Below are positions 1-8,924 of a DNA stretch of 24,000 bases, in pieces. The number at the start of each line of letters is the position of its first letter. The stretch's first letter is position 1. This DNA is from Campylobacter phage F368. The stretch lies in the sequence record MT863726.1. One strand, written 5' to 3'. Position numbers and translations under genes: made by a program. The notes beneath the pieces were generated by a model. That model saw only the letters and a program-made list of their open reading frames with translations, was not told the DNA's origin and did no database searches.

Positions 1-574
1 ATTTGTTATAATATTTAATATATGATGATAATTCATTTTGTGTTTTTTTTAATCTAATTTGTTTTAATATAGATTTATTATCTTGTTTTTTATAAAGTAG
101 AATGTATTCTTTATTTTTCGGTAATTTTTTATGACAATTAGCATTTTTTAATCCTTTAGATTCGTTCATCTTGACTACAATACAATTAACAAAATTCTCT
201 CTACCAAATATCTCATCCATAAGTACTTTTAAATACGCTTGCTCGTTATCGTCACATTGAACGAATATAACACCATCATCTTTTAAAAATTCTCTAGCTA
301 CTTCTAATCTTTCTTTCATAAATTTTAACCAAACTTTAGAACCTATGAATTTATCTTGTGATTTTATTTTTTTAGCTTCTTCTTCATCTACATTAAAATA
401 TTTTATAATCAAATCTATAGATTCAAAACTATCATTATAGTGGAAATTTTTATTTCCAGTATTATAAGGAGGATCAATATAAATTAATTTCACTTTACCT
501 TTATAAAAAGGTAAAATACTATTCATTATTTCTAAGTTGTCACCTTTAATTAAATAGTTTTTATCAATATTCAT
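1..574 (-). CDS. Adenine-specific DNA methyltransferase (Mod / N6-N4 MTase-like), C-terminal part cut by window edge
   Basis: Not in the ORF track because it runs off the window. My translation from ATG at 574: MNIDKNYLIKGDNLEIMNSILPFYKGKVKLIYIDPPYNTGNKNFHYNDSF...DDGVIFVQCDDNEQAYLKVLMDEIFGRENFV; DPPYNTG catalytic motif and the conserved GVIFV..DD.E....K..MDEIFG.ENFV segment. Confidence 0.88.
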   Translation of the reverse strand, partial: MNIDKNYLIKGDNLEIMNSILPFYKGKVKLIYIDPPYNTGNKNFHYNDSFESIDLIIKYFNVDEEEAKKIKSQDKFIGSKVWLKFMKERLEVAREFLKDDGVIFVQCDDNEQAYLKVLMDEIFGRENFVNCIVVKMNESKGLKNANCHKKLPKNKEYILLYKKQDNKSILKQIRLKKTQNELSSYIKYYNK

Positions 575-579
575 ATAAT

Positions 580-1311
580 TTACTCCTTATTATAACTACT
601 ATTTTTAAAACTATCGCACATTGATTTAAATTCACACCAATTACATAATATACTTGGATTAGCTATAAATGCTTTTTCATTTTCAATACTCATTATATCT
701 TGAGCAAATTGCTTTTTTAAAGGCACTAAATCATCACTTGTATAAGTGTAAGTGTGAAAATCATTAGTTTCAACATATACAAACTGACATATTATTTTAT
801 CTACATTTAAGACTTTTTCAGCCCATATTGCATATAATGCTAGTTGATTTGCATCTGGTATATATTTTTTATCTTTTGTTTTGCCTGTTTTCCAATCTAT
901 TATTATTGCACATCTATTTTTGATTGCAATATAATCAATAGTACCTCTTATAACATAATCATTACCATAATAATTAGTTGGGTTTAGCTTATTATCTAAA
1001 GCCCAATTTACTTCATTTCCTAAAGCTGGTAAGTCTTTTATGTTTTTGTATTTTTCTGTTTCTTTAAACTTTTCAAATATCTCATTATATTCTTTATATT
1101 GATCTGCATTTATTAAAGGATTATTATATGATTTGCTTACTTCGATAGGTTCTTCTTTAAAACTTTGCTCTATTAACCAATGTATATAACTTCCTTTAAT
1201 AAGTGCAGTTTGGTCTTTAGGTATAGATATTTTATCAATATAAGAATATTTAAACTTTAATTTGCATTGTCTAAAACACTCTAATCTTGAATAAGAATAT
1301 CTATACTTCAT
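580..1311 (-). CDS. PD-(D/E)XK nuclease, Cas4/RecB-like
   Basis: YSYSRLECFRQCKLKFKYSYID start, GSYIHWLIEQ, GTIDYIA...IIDWKTGK (D...DxK), QLALYA, and C-terminal CNWCEFKSMC cysteine cluster typical of Cas4-like Fe-S nucleases. Confidence 0.82.
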   Translation of the reverse strand: MKYRYSYSRLECFRQCKLKFKYSYIDKISIPKDQTALIKGSYIHWLIEQSFKEEPIEVSKSYNNPLINADQYKEYNEIFEKFKETEKYKNIKDLPALGNEVNWALDNKLNPTNYYGNDYVIRGTIDYIAIKNRCAIIIDWKTGKTKDKKYIPDANQLALYAIWAEKVLNVDKIICQFVYVETNDFHTYTYTSDDLVPLKKQFAQDIMSIENEKAFIANPSILCNWCEFKSMCDSFKNSSYNKE

Positions 1312-1320
1312 AATTCACCT

Positions 1321-1680
1321 TTAATCGTTAATTTGATCTTTTAAGTTTTGTAATAATTCTTTATCGGATACTATCGAGTTATACATGCTTATATTAGCAC
1401 TTAAACTATCGATACTCATTTTAAGCTCATTTTTTAATGTAGATAGAACCCTGTTAAATTCTGTTATATTTATACCATCTTTGGATAATTTTGCTTTAAT
1501 ATCTCTTATTTCAACATCAATTTCTCTTTTTTGTTTCTCTAAATCAAAAATTTGTTTCATAGCATTTTTGACTAGCTCATCTTCATTAATACTATTTTTT
1601 TCAATAAAATCAGTAACATTTAGTTTCTGACTTTTTAATTCTACAAACTCATTAATATTTTCCATTTTCAGTCCTTTCAA
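1321..1680 (-). CDS. Hypothetical protein, predicted coiled coil
   Basis: ORF with start near 1680 behind GAAAGGA Shine-Dalgarno; heptad-like charged composition. Confidence 0.6.
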   Translation of the reverse strand: MKGLKMENINEFVELKSQKLNVTDFIEKNSINEDELVKNAMKQIFDLEKQKREIDVEIRDIKAKLSKDGINITEFNRVLSTLKNELKMSIDSLSANISMYNSIVSDKELLQNLKDQIND

Positions 1681-1705
1681 TTTTGATACCGTTACGGTAT
1701 CAAAA
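1681..1705. promoter_or_regulatory. Perfect inverted repeat TTTTGATACCGT-T-ACGGTATCAAAA overlapping a promoter-like -10
   Basis: 12-bp arms with 1-nt centre read directly; lies directly upstream of the 1321..1680 start; core shared with 9465..9490. Confidence 0.75.
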
Positions 1706-1725
1706 TATACTTAATTTAAACTTAA
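1694..1725 (-). promoter_or_regulatory. Variant promoter: TTAAG-N6-TTAAG-N10-TACCGT
   Basis: Minus strand ATTAAGTTTAAATTAAGTATATTTTGATACCGT; same spacing as sites with a consensus TATAAT. Confidence 0.5.
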
Positions 1726-2336
1726 TCTACAATTTTATAGTCAAATTCTTTGAAATTAAGGTTTCCATCTTTTAAAAGCTGCCATTTATTATTTGTATCT
1801 AACTGTTTGAACATAATCTTTTTACCTAATTTATATGCTTTAGTGATATGTCTTTCATTACTTATATCATCCCTTATAGATTTTGAATAATCAGCTTTAT
1901 ACCATTTCTTTATTTTTATTTGTTTACCATTAACCAAAAAATACCAGAATTCCCTATGATCTCCATGAAGAGTAATATCTTCTTTTCTACAATTGTAATT
2001 TTTTACTACTTCATCTAGTGCTTCTTCATAAGTATAAGCACCCATATGTTTTTTAAATTTTCTTTCACTTTCTGAATACTCACCTGTTCTTTCTTCAATT
2101 TCTTTTAAACACTCATCCATACATATTTTTGGGTTGTATCCATCTTGATATAAACTGTTAATTAAGAATACAATACAATCACATCTCCAATCTATACTTT
2201 CATGTTCACTATCCCTTTTTTTAATACCTTCATCTATCTCTTCATGTAGATAACCTAACAAAGTTAAATGATCATATTCTTTTTTATCTAAATGTCTTTC
2301 TTTCAACCATTTTTCTAATTTCTCAAATAGTTCCAT
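1722..2336 (-). CDS. MazG-like / all-alpha NTP pyrophosphohydrolase-like protein
   Basis: HEEIDEGIKKRD...ESIDWRCDCIVFLINSLYQDGYNPKICMDECLKEIEERTGEYSESERKF resembles the EExE...D pattern of MazG-like proteins. Confidence 0.5.
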   Translation of the reverse strand: MELFEKLEKWLKERHLDKKEYDHLTLLGYLHEEIDEGIKKRDSEHESIDWRCDCIVFLINSLYQDGYNPKICMDECLKEIEERTGEYSESERKFKKHMGAYTYEEALDEVVKNYNCRKEDITLHGDHREFWYFLVNGKQIKIKKWYKADYSKSIRDDISNERHITKAYKLGKKIMFKQLDTNNKWQLLKDGNLNFKEFDYKIVD

Positions 2337-2519
2337 AATTTTAACCTTTCATTTATAGTTTTAATGTCGTTTTCATAGTCTTTACAATTTAAATAACCAT
2401 TTAATGTTTCATAATTTCGTGCCTCCCAATTATTTTTAATAGAAATATTACAGTTTTTCTTTCAAATCATAATGATTGTATTTTAAACTAATAACTTCAA
2501 TTAAGCCGTTCTTAAGAAA

Positions 2520-2681
2520 TTACTTTTTAAGCTGATCTTTTATTTCATTTAGTTTTTGTTTCTTAGTTAAATCATCATTTTTTCTTTTACTATATAAAAA
2601 TGATGTAATATTAACTGATACTATAACTAATACTGCCACAATTGCTATAAGTGTTCCCACAACAGATGTATTTGTCTCCAT
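2520..2681 (-). CDS. Small single-pass membrane protein (53 aa), missing from ORF track
   Basis: My translation: METNTSVVGTLIAIVAVLVIVSVNITSFLYSKRKNDDLTKKQKLNEIKDQLKK*; preceded by AGAAAGGAAATAAA SD; hydrophobic segment then basic tail. Confidence 0.7.
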   Translation of the reverse strand: METNTSVVGTLIAIVAVLVIVSVNITSFLYSKRKNDDLTKKQKLNEIKDQLKK

Positions 2682-2704
2682 TTTATTTCCTTTCTATAAT
2701 TAAA

Positions 2705-5368
2705 TTATAACCATTCATCTAATGTATTTACAAAAATATTTTTATAATCAAATCCTATATGTTTACTCATAATATCTAATTTTTGTATAAAATATTTTTC
2801 AAACATAGTTTCATAATCAACGAATTCACTGATACTTGGTATTTCTCTTACAATTTCATCATCAGGAATACATATAACATTATCACCAGTAATGGCATTT
2901 GGTGTTTTCAGATAGACAATATATACTTTTTCACCTTCCATTATTTTTTTAAGTTTATACTTGTTTGTAAGATTATTATAATGGATTGAACCTCTAGATT
3001 GAATAGGACAAGGATTACCATTTATTGATGAAACCCATTTACCATTTGATACAATATATGATAAGCTACTTACACTTTTATTCATACAAATATCACTTAG
3101 AAGCTGTTGTTTAAACTCATCCTTTATGTTATTAATAAATTGCCTTAACCCATGTAGATCACTATCAAGTATTAAATCTAAGCACTCATTTAATTTTAGT
3201 TTAGTCCATTTTGGAGTTGTTTTATCAATCATAGGAAGGCCAGTTATTTTAAACCCTTTATTTAATTTCTTTTTATTAAAATATCTCCCAACATATCTTT
3301 TACGAGCACAACTAATTAATCTATCACATATTGTTTCCTGTTCCATTCCAAGATTACTATTTTTATCTAAACCATTGATAGCTGTTACAGCTTCACTTAT
3401 AGCATCATCTATAACAGGTGATATTGTAGTTTCACAATAACTTTTCAAAAATTTGGCATTTTCTTGTAAATCTTTAGGTGTTTCTAGAAACTTAAACTCA
3501 AAATAGTTAGAGTCTGTATCACATTGAATACTTAAAGGCCTATTATTAACATCAATATTTAAATTATATGTTTCATTACAAAACTTATTAACTTTATATG
3601 AAACCCACATATTTAAAAACCTACCAGTTGTTGTGATTGATTCACTCATTTTTTTACCAAAACTAAAAGGATTTATTGCTAGTGATGTTGAGCCATAAGC
3701 AGAATTCATAAGAATTTTAAACATATATTGCATAAGATCATGGTAATCTATTTCAGAAGCAGTTAAATTATCATTTTTTAAAAAATTCTTATGATTTAAT
3801 CTATCTTTAAAAAAACTTTCTATTAATTCAGCAAATAATGAAGTACCATTTGAAAAGTACAAACATCCATTTGGAGTAACATTAACACCATATTTTTTAC
3901 ATATCTGTTTTATTTCATCCTTATTGTCAATAATATTTTTAAAATAATAAAACTCCTCCATACTATCATTGTTAGTTTTATCATAGGTTTCTGAATAGAA
4001 ATAAAAATATTTGTTTAACATATTTTTAAGGTCTTCTGGTAGTAATGTAGAAATAACTTCATTTGGTGCCTCATTCATAAACCTTGCTCTATTTTCTTCA
4101 AGTATTTTAGCTTTCTCATATGGGATATTGCTAACTGGAATATAATTATCCAAACCTATTTTAAACTCGATAATAATATTTGGATATAGAGATGTAAAGT
4201 CATATGAACATACATTTTTGTGTAGTCCTTCAATAACTCTAACCCATCCTCCAGGGTATGGTGGATCATAGTTTATTATTTTTAATTGTCTTAAAGGTAA
4301 TATAACATTTTTTGATAAAGCATAATTATATATTAATGACGCCCATTGCATAAGGGTGCCTGAAACTTCATCAGCATTTACACCACATTTATATGCTACT
4401 AATTGACATACTTTTAATAATTTTAATTTTCGTTCTAATTTTATAAGTAATTCAACATCCTTTAAACCATAAGAAACAAACTTATTAAAATCTTTATACA
4501 AGTCTTCTATTGAACCATCGTAATTTACTTTAGTGTCACCTAATTCAAGTTTGGATATTTCATCCAATGAAAATCTACTTGGTTTTTGAGTTGTGTATTT
4601 TATATATAAATCTCTCAAATCTAATTGAATTATACCTTCTATTTTAACACCATCATATTCTATATCATCATTAGTTTTCATTTTTTTATGTGTTATAGCT
4701 TTTATAGGTGATAACTCAACATAGTCATCTATGCCAAGATGGATCATTCTATTTACAATATAAGGAATATCAAATAAATTAGAGTTGAAACCAGCTATAA
4801 TGGTAGGATTTGTTTTAACTACAAATGTTAAGTATTTTTTTAACATTTGTATTTCATTATCACATTTTTTGTAAATCACTTCCCCTATATCTGATTGTAA
4901 ATCAATATTTAAATCTTTAGTACCAAAAATTATAAACTTATTTAAATAGTTATCATAAACTTGTATCAAAGATATTTCTTCTGTTGGGTTTGATGGTTTT
5001 GCATAACCATTTATTGCCCTAGTTTCTATATCTAGATATTGTGTTCTGAATTCATGATTACAATCTATATCTTTGAAGTTTTCACGAATATATTTTTGAG
5101 GTCTGTTTATATTACCATACAATGGTGTAGAAGGTGATACATTTTTTAAATACTGATATATCTCATATGTTGCTTTAAATGTTTTCTTTTTTAAATACCC
5201 ATGTGTATAGAAGTCCTTATATTCTGTTTTTTCATTAGTTCTAATAAACAATTCTGGGACATATTCAGTTGATTTGTATTCTTTTATAATTGAGTTTTTT
5301 GTAACTTCATCATAAAGTCTAGCATATAGCTTAAAATTATGTTCAAAAATATATTCATATTTAAACAT
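2705..5368 (-). CDS. 43: DNA polymerase family B (T4 gp43-like) with 3'-5' exonuclease
   Basis: Exo motifs LDIET, GFNSNLFDIPY, YGLKDVE; pol motifs DFTSLYPN, KILMNSAYG, CDTDSNY, KKRYVG. ORF track start at 5371 is TTG; ATG at 5368 is more likely. Confidence 0.95.
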   Translation of the reverse strand: MFKYEYIFEHNFKLYARLYDEVTKNSIIKEYKSTEYVPELFIRTNEKTEYKDFYTHGYLKKKTFKATYEIYQYLKNVSPSTPLYGNINRPQKYIRENFKDIDCNHEFRTQYLDIETRAINGYAKPSNPTEEISLIQVYDNYLNKFIIFGTKDLNIDLQSDIGEVIYKKCDNEIQMLKKYLTFVVKTNPTIIAGFNSNLFDIPYIVNRMIHLGIDDYVELSPIKAITHKKMKTNDDIEYDGVKIEGIIQLDLRDLYIKYTTQKPSRFSLDEISKLELGDTKVNYDGSIEDLYKDFNKFVSYGLKDVELLIKLERKLKLLKVCQLVAYKCGVNADEVSGTLMQWASLIYNYALSKNVILPLRQLKIINYDPPYPGGWVRVIEGLHKNVCSYDFTSLYPNIIIEFKIGLDNYIPVSNIPYEKAKILEENRARFMNEAPNEVISTLLPEDLKNMLNKYFYFYSETYDKTNNDSMEEFYYFKNIIDNKDEIKQICKKYGVNVTPNGCLYFSNGTSLFAELIESFFKDRLNHKNFLKNDNLTASEIDYHDLMQYMFKILMNSAYGSTSLAINPFSFGKKMSESITTTGRFLNMWVSYKVNKFCNETYNLNIDVNNRPLSIQCDTDSNYFEFKFLETPKDLQENAKFLKSYCETTISPVIDDAISEAVTAINGLDKNSNLGMEQETICDRLISCARKRYVGRYFNKKKLNKGFKITGLPMIDKTTPKWTKLKLNECLDLILDSDLHGLRQFINNIKDEFKQQLLSDICMNKSVSSLSYIVSNGKWVSSINGNPCPIQSRGSIHYNNLTNKYKLKKIMEGEKVYIVYLKTPNAITGDNVICIPDDEIVREIPSISEFVDYETMFEKYFIQKLDIMSKHIGFDYKNIFVNTLDEWL

Positions 5369-5374
5369 CAATAC

Positions 5375-5403
5375 AATACCCCTTATATCTTTTTTGGGGT
5401 ATT
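5375..5403 (-). promoter_or_regulatory. Leader hairpin sequestering the DNA polymerase Shine-Dalgarno
   Basis: Minus strand AATACCCC-(13 nt)-GGGGTATT, 8-bp stem; GGGG is the likely SD 10 nt before ATG 5368. Confidence 0.6.
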
Positions 5404-5433
5404 ATATCAAAAATTATCTTAAAGGTGACTTAA
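5401..5433 (-). promoter_or_regulatory. Promoter TTAAG-N6-TTAAG-N11-TATAAT with extended -10 (TGA TATAAT)
   Basis: Minus strand TTTAAGTCACCTTTAAGATAATTTTTGATATAAT upstream of DNA polymerase. Confidence 0.75.
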
Positions 5434-6451
5434 AGTATAGGACCTCTTTAGCATACTCTTTACCATTAAAATGAGGTATACTTTTGGTGTATATTTCTTG
5501 AAGTCCTTCTACATTTGAAGAATATTCACTTAGAAATATTGGAAACTGCTTAAATTTGTCAAACAAAAGAGGTAATATATTACTATCAAAATCAGTATAA
5601 TTACCAGATTTAGCTGTATTTTTATACGGTGGATCAAAATATAATACAGTAGTTTCAGGATCATACTTAGATAAATCAAGATCAAACGCATCTTTATTGC
5701 TTATTTCTATTTTTGAAAAATCAATATATTTATGATTTCTTAAAAATGTTATTTTTTCAATAGGATATATTCTACACATTTTAAGTATGTATGCTGCTTC
5801 AGCATCACCAACAATATTCTGCAACATTTTAAAAGATATTTTCTTTAACTCGTCTATAGAAGCATTAAAATATTGATACAAATTATGTTTTGAAATTAAA
5901 AATAATTTTTTAAGTATTGGCATAATATCATTATATCTTTCTATTATTGGTTTTTCTATAGAATATAGTTCATTTATAATACTATGAAAATTATCATTAA
6001 CAAATGGGTATAATAATTGTGGATCACTATCCTTACACACAAATTTCTGTAAAAGTATTCTAAAATTTTTAAATTCATCATCTGGTATAATATAGCAGTT
6101 ACCTCTACCAGGAAAATTATACATAAATGAGACTTTAAAACAATCAGAGTTATTTAAAATATTATTAGATACAACATTATCCCAATACTCATCATAGCTC
6201 ATAAAGGTTGTTATGTCATCAAAATTTCCATTAGCTAAATATTTTATTGCTCTAGCAACTCTTTCTGTCTTTTCATTATATAATGCATTCAATCCCATTT
6301 GAATAGCAGTGATAGATATTGCACCTGACCCGCCAAATGCATCTACTATGGTTTTAGTATTTGGATACATTTCTTTTATCTTTTTTATTATATCAACTGC
6401 TAACGCCCTCTTGCACCCAAGATAAGTTGGATAACAATCATATACTTTCAT
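5414..6451 (-). CDS. D12-class (Dam-like) adenine-N6 DNA methyltransferase
   Basis: AFGGSGAISI motif I region, VLYFDPPYKN catalytic motif, N-terminal YPTYLGCKRALAVDIIKKI. Confidence 0.85.
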   Translation of the reverse strand: MKVYDCYPTYLGCKRALAVDIIKKIKEMYPNTKTIVDAFGGSGAISITAIQMGLNALYNEKTERVARAIKYLANGNFDDITTFMSYDEYWDNVVSNNILNNSDCFKVSFMYNFPGRGNCYIIPDDEFKNFRILLQKFVCKDSDPQLLYPFVNDNFHSIINELYSIEKPIIERYNDIMPILKKLFLISKHNLYQYFNASIDELKKISFKMLQNIVGDAEAAYILKMCRIYPIEKITFLRNHKYIDFSKIEISNKDAFDLDLSKYDPETTVLYFDPPYKNTAKSGNYTDFDSNILPLLFDKFKQFPIFLSEYSSNVEGLQEIYTKSIPHFNGKEYAKEVLYFKSPLR

Positions 6452-6852
6452 ATAACTCCTTTATCTTTTAATGGTTCTGGTTGGATCCATTTATTTTTGC
6501 AATAGGTAGTATAATATTTATCAGATTTTAAAATATTTATTTCATTAGTTAGCATATTCCTGAAAGTTGTATATTGAATGTTATCATAAAAAGAGTTGTT
6601 TTCAACCTTTGTTACAATGTCATCATCAGTTATCCACATTGATCCTGGTATTAACTCAAATAACTTATTATCTATTTCCCAATTTTCATTGTTAATATCT
6701 TCAGAGTTAAGTAAAACATTGTTATTTTTTGAATCAACAATTTTTAACTTGCCATTATCTTTATATATTTTAATATAATTATTTTCTAAAGATAAAGAAC
6801 CTATTGAATTATTTTTTCCTAATAATATTTGCATACATTCAATAAATTTCAT
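6448..6852 (-). CDS. Hypothetical phage protein
   Basis: ORF overlapping neighbours by 4 nt on both sides (ATGA-type coupling). Confidence 0.65.
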   Translation of the reverse strand: MKFIECMQILLGKNNSIGSLSLENNYIKIYKDNGKLKIVDSKNNNVLLNSEDINNENWEIDNKLFELIPGSMWITDDDIVTKVENNSFYDNIQYTTFRNMLTNEINILKSDKYYTTYCKNKWIQPEPLKDKGVI

Positions 6853-7289
6853 AGTTTATTCCATATGTCTTTAAAGAACTTTACAAGTGGTTTATAAACT
6901 ATACCATAAATTCTAACCCAAGCCCATACAACATATCTTTTTATAACATTTACACCAAGTAATTTCATAGCATCCAAAAATAGTTCATCAGCAAGAGCTC
7001 TAGGAATATCACCTTTATTTGATTTTCCACATAAAAAATCATGTAATACATAAGCTTTAGTAGGTTTGCCAACTGGTGATATTATTGATTGAAATAATTG
7101 TGGAATACTACCAAAATCAGTTCTAAATCCTTTTGGTATTCTTATAATATTATTTCCAACCAAATATTTTTCTAATGTAAATCCTTTAGAAGTTACATCA
7201 AAGTCAAAAATAAAATGAAAATCATTGTATAATTCAAAGTTGTTACCATATCTGTAAATTGTTATAAGATCTTTATTTATATTTTCCAT
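6849..7289 (-). CDS. DUF1353 family phage protein
   Basis: IPKGFRTDFGSIPQLFQSIISPVGKPTKAYVLHDFLCG...ADELFLDAMKLLGV matches the DUF1353 signature (TDxASIP...AxxxHDxLY...AD..F). Confidence 0.82.
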   Translation of the reverse strand: MENINKDLITIYRYGNNFELYNDFHFIFDFDVTSKGFTLEKYLVGNNIIRIPKGFRTDFGSIPQLFQSIISPVGKPTKAYVLHDFLCGKSNKGDIPRALADELFLDAMKLLGVNVIKRYVVWAWVRIYGIVYKPLVKFFKDIWNKL

Positions 7290-7290
7290 G

Positions 7291-7794
7291 TTAACCCTTT
7301 AATTGTAATTTGCAAGTAGAACATAATATTGTATAATCATCTCCAACACATATTTCACCTGTATTTGAAATGTTATGATTGCCATATTCAGATCCGCATT
7401 TTTCACAAATTGAGCTTAACTTATAAATTCTATCTGCATATGGTAAAATATTTATAATGTTTTCAAACAATTTTGATTCATAATTTATGTTTAATCCACA
7501 TAATACCCAGTTTTTACTGATGTTATCAATTATAATATTAATAATTGAGTTATCAAAAAATTGAAATTCATCCAGTAATATATAATCATACTCATTTACA
7601 ATTGCATTTATGTTATTTGTTTTTATTACATTTAAATTATGTAATGTTTTATAACTTCTTGATATAAATTCTCTATCATCAATTTCTGGTCTAATTAAAA
7701 TGTATTTTTTTCTACCAAAATGAAGTTTTTCAGCTTCTCTCAATAACTCCAAACTTTTCCCTGATCTCATAGGACCAATTATAAGTTTTATCAT
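7291..7794 (-). CDS. tdk: Thymidine kinase
   Basis: LIIGPMRSGKSLELL Walker A, YDYILLDEFQFF Walker B, zinc ribbon CEKCG...CSTC. Confidence 0.93.
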   Translation of the reverse strand: MIKLIIGPMRSGKSLELLREAEKLHFGRKKYILIRPEIDDREFISRSYKTLHNLNVIKTNNINAIVNEYDYILLDEFQFFDNSIINIIIDNISKNWVLCGLNINYESKLFENIINILPYADRIYKLSSICEKCGSEYGNHNISNTGEICVGDDYTILCSTCKLQLKG

Positions 7795-7979
7795 GATATA
7801 AACTTTTCAAATTTATTTGCTAAACATATGCTTATAAACATTAATATAACTGTTACTGGCATACCTATTATTAAATCATAATATAAAACCCCTAATGATA
7901 TTATCAAAAATAATATGATATAAACTTTTAACACTATTGCTGATACCAACAATATTAATATATTTTTAAATGTATCCAT
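7791..7979 (-). CDS. Small two-TM membrane protein
   Basis: Hydrophobic segments ILILLVSAIVLKVYIILFLIISLGVLYY and VTVILMFISICLA; overlaps the thymidine kinase stop. Confidence 0.55.
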   Translation of the reverse strand: MDTFKNILILLVSAIVLKVYIILFLIISLGVLYYDLIIGMPVTVILMFISICLANKFEKFIS

Positions 7980-8924
7980 TCACCACATCCTCAATTTACA
8001 TTCAGCTATTAATCCATCAAAAGTATGCTCTTTTATAAAGTTTTCAATATTAACACCACTTTGATAAATTTCGTTTATATCTTTATATTTTTTGAATTTT
8101 TCATCATCACACCATACAACAAATTTATGATTTGGATTATTTGTATGTTTTAGCATTTCCTTTCTACCAGTTTCATCATTATCACAACACCATATTATGT
8201 ATGGCATAGTTTTCATTTTCTTTGGTAAAGTCGCACCCAACATAGCTATTTTATTTTTAAATGGGGTACATAACATATCAAATAAACCTTCAAACACATA
8301 TACTTCTTTTGATGGATCAATATTAAAATAGTTCATAACTTTAATACCATCATCTGAGTTAAATGTATAGAATATTTTATCATTTATACTACGACTATAA
8401 AAACTAAAAGCACTGTTATTTACAGTATTTAAATATATTATAAAATTTGGTAATTTAAATTCTCTATCATTTATTACAAATGACTCTTTACAATAATAAA
8501 AGTCATCAGGGTTTCCACCTCTTTTTAAAATATATTCTTTTGCCTCTTTTATACAACTAGCTTTAGGTAAGTTTAAATTAAAAAACTCTTTAGGTTTTTG
8601 TGATTCTTTTTTAGTCAGTGCTATATTTTGAATATTTAAATCATCTATGTATTTTTCACCTATTTCATTTAAATAATTATTAAGGTACATTGGATGAAAA
8701 GTTTTAATGTAAGAATACATAGTAGCTGTATAACCACAATTAAAACATTTTATAGAATCATCTGTATAGGAATCTTTTCTATACAGATGTAATCTTTTCT
8801 TATTTTTATATTTTGAATCACCGCAAACATCACATTTGCAGTTATAATCATCAGATTTATGTATTCCTAAATCTTCTTTATTATGAATAATTTCCCAATA
8901 TTTTACATTAATTGGATTTAACAT
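7980..8924 (-). CDS. 61: DNA primase with zinc finger and TOPRIM (T4 gp61-like)
   Basis: CKCDVCGDS...CFNCGY zinc-binding cysteines; EVYVFEGLFDML and IIWCCDNDETGR TOPRIM motifs. ORF track start at 8930 is TTG; ATG at 8924 preferred. Confidence 0.85.
   Translation of the reverse strand: MLNPINVKYWEIIHNKEDLGIHKSDDYNCKCDVCGDSKYKNKKRLHLYRKDSYTDDSIKCFNCGYTATMYSYIKTFHPMYLNNYLNEIGEKYIDDLNIQNIALTKKESQKPKEFFNLNLPKASCIKEAKEYILKRGGNPDDFYYCKESFVINDREFKLPNFIIYLNTVNNSAFSFYSRSINDKIFYTFNSDDGIKVMNYFNIDPSKEVYVFEGLFDMLCTPFKNKIAMLGATLPKKMKTMPYIIWCCDNDETGRKEMLKHTNNPNHKFVVWCDDEKFKKYKDINEIYQSGVNIENFIKEHTFDGLIAECKLRMW

Noticed and set aside
1385-1630. Plus-strand ORF 1385..1630, and similarly 6596..6778, 9529..9843, 9996..10199, 10936..11136, 14428..14676, 15136..15432, 17666..17938, 18312..18521, 23382..23579, 23512..23700
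   Set aside because: All lie opposite better supported genes and lack recognisable domains; typical spurious ORFs in low-GC DNA.
2337-2519. Possible extra gene in the gap between the MazG-like gene and the small membrane protein
   Set aside because: No ATG-initiated ORF of useful length with an SD in this gap; the open stretch ending in EKL* has no start codon I can support.
2783-3440. Plus-strand ORFs 2783..2989 and 3126..3440
   Set aside because: Entirely antisense to the DNA polymerase gene with its conserved motifs; no SD or recognisable protein.
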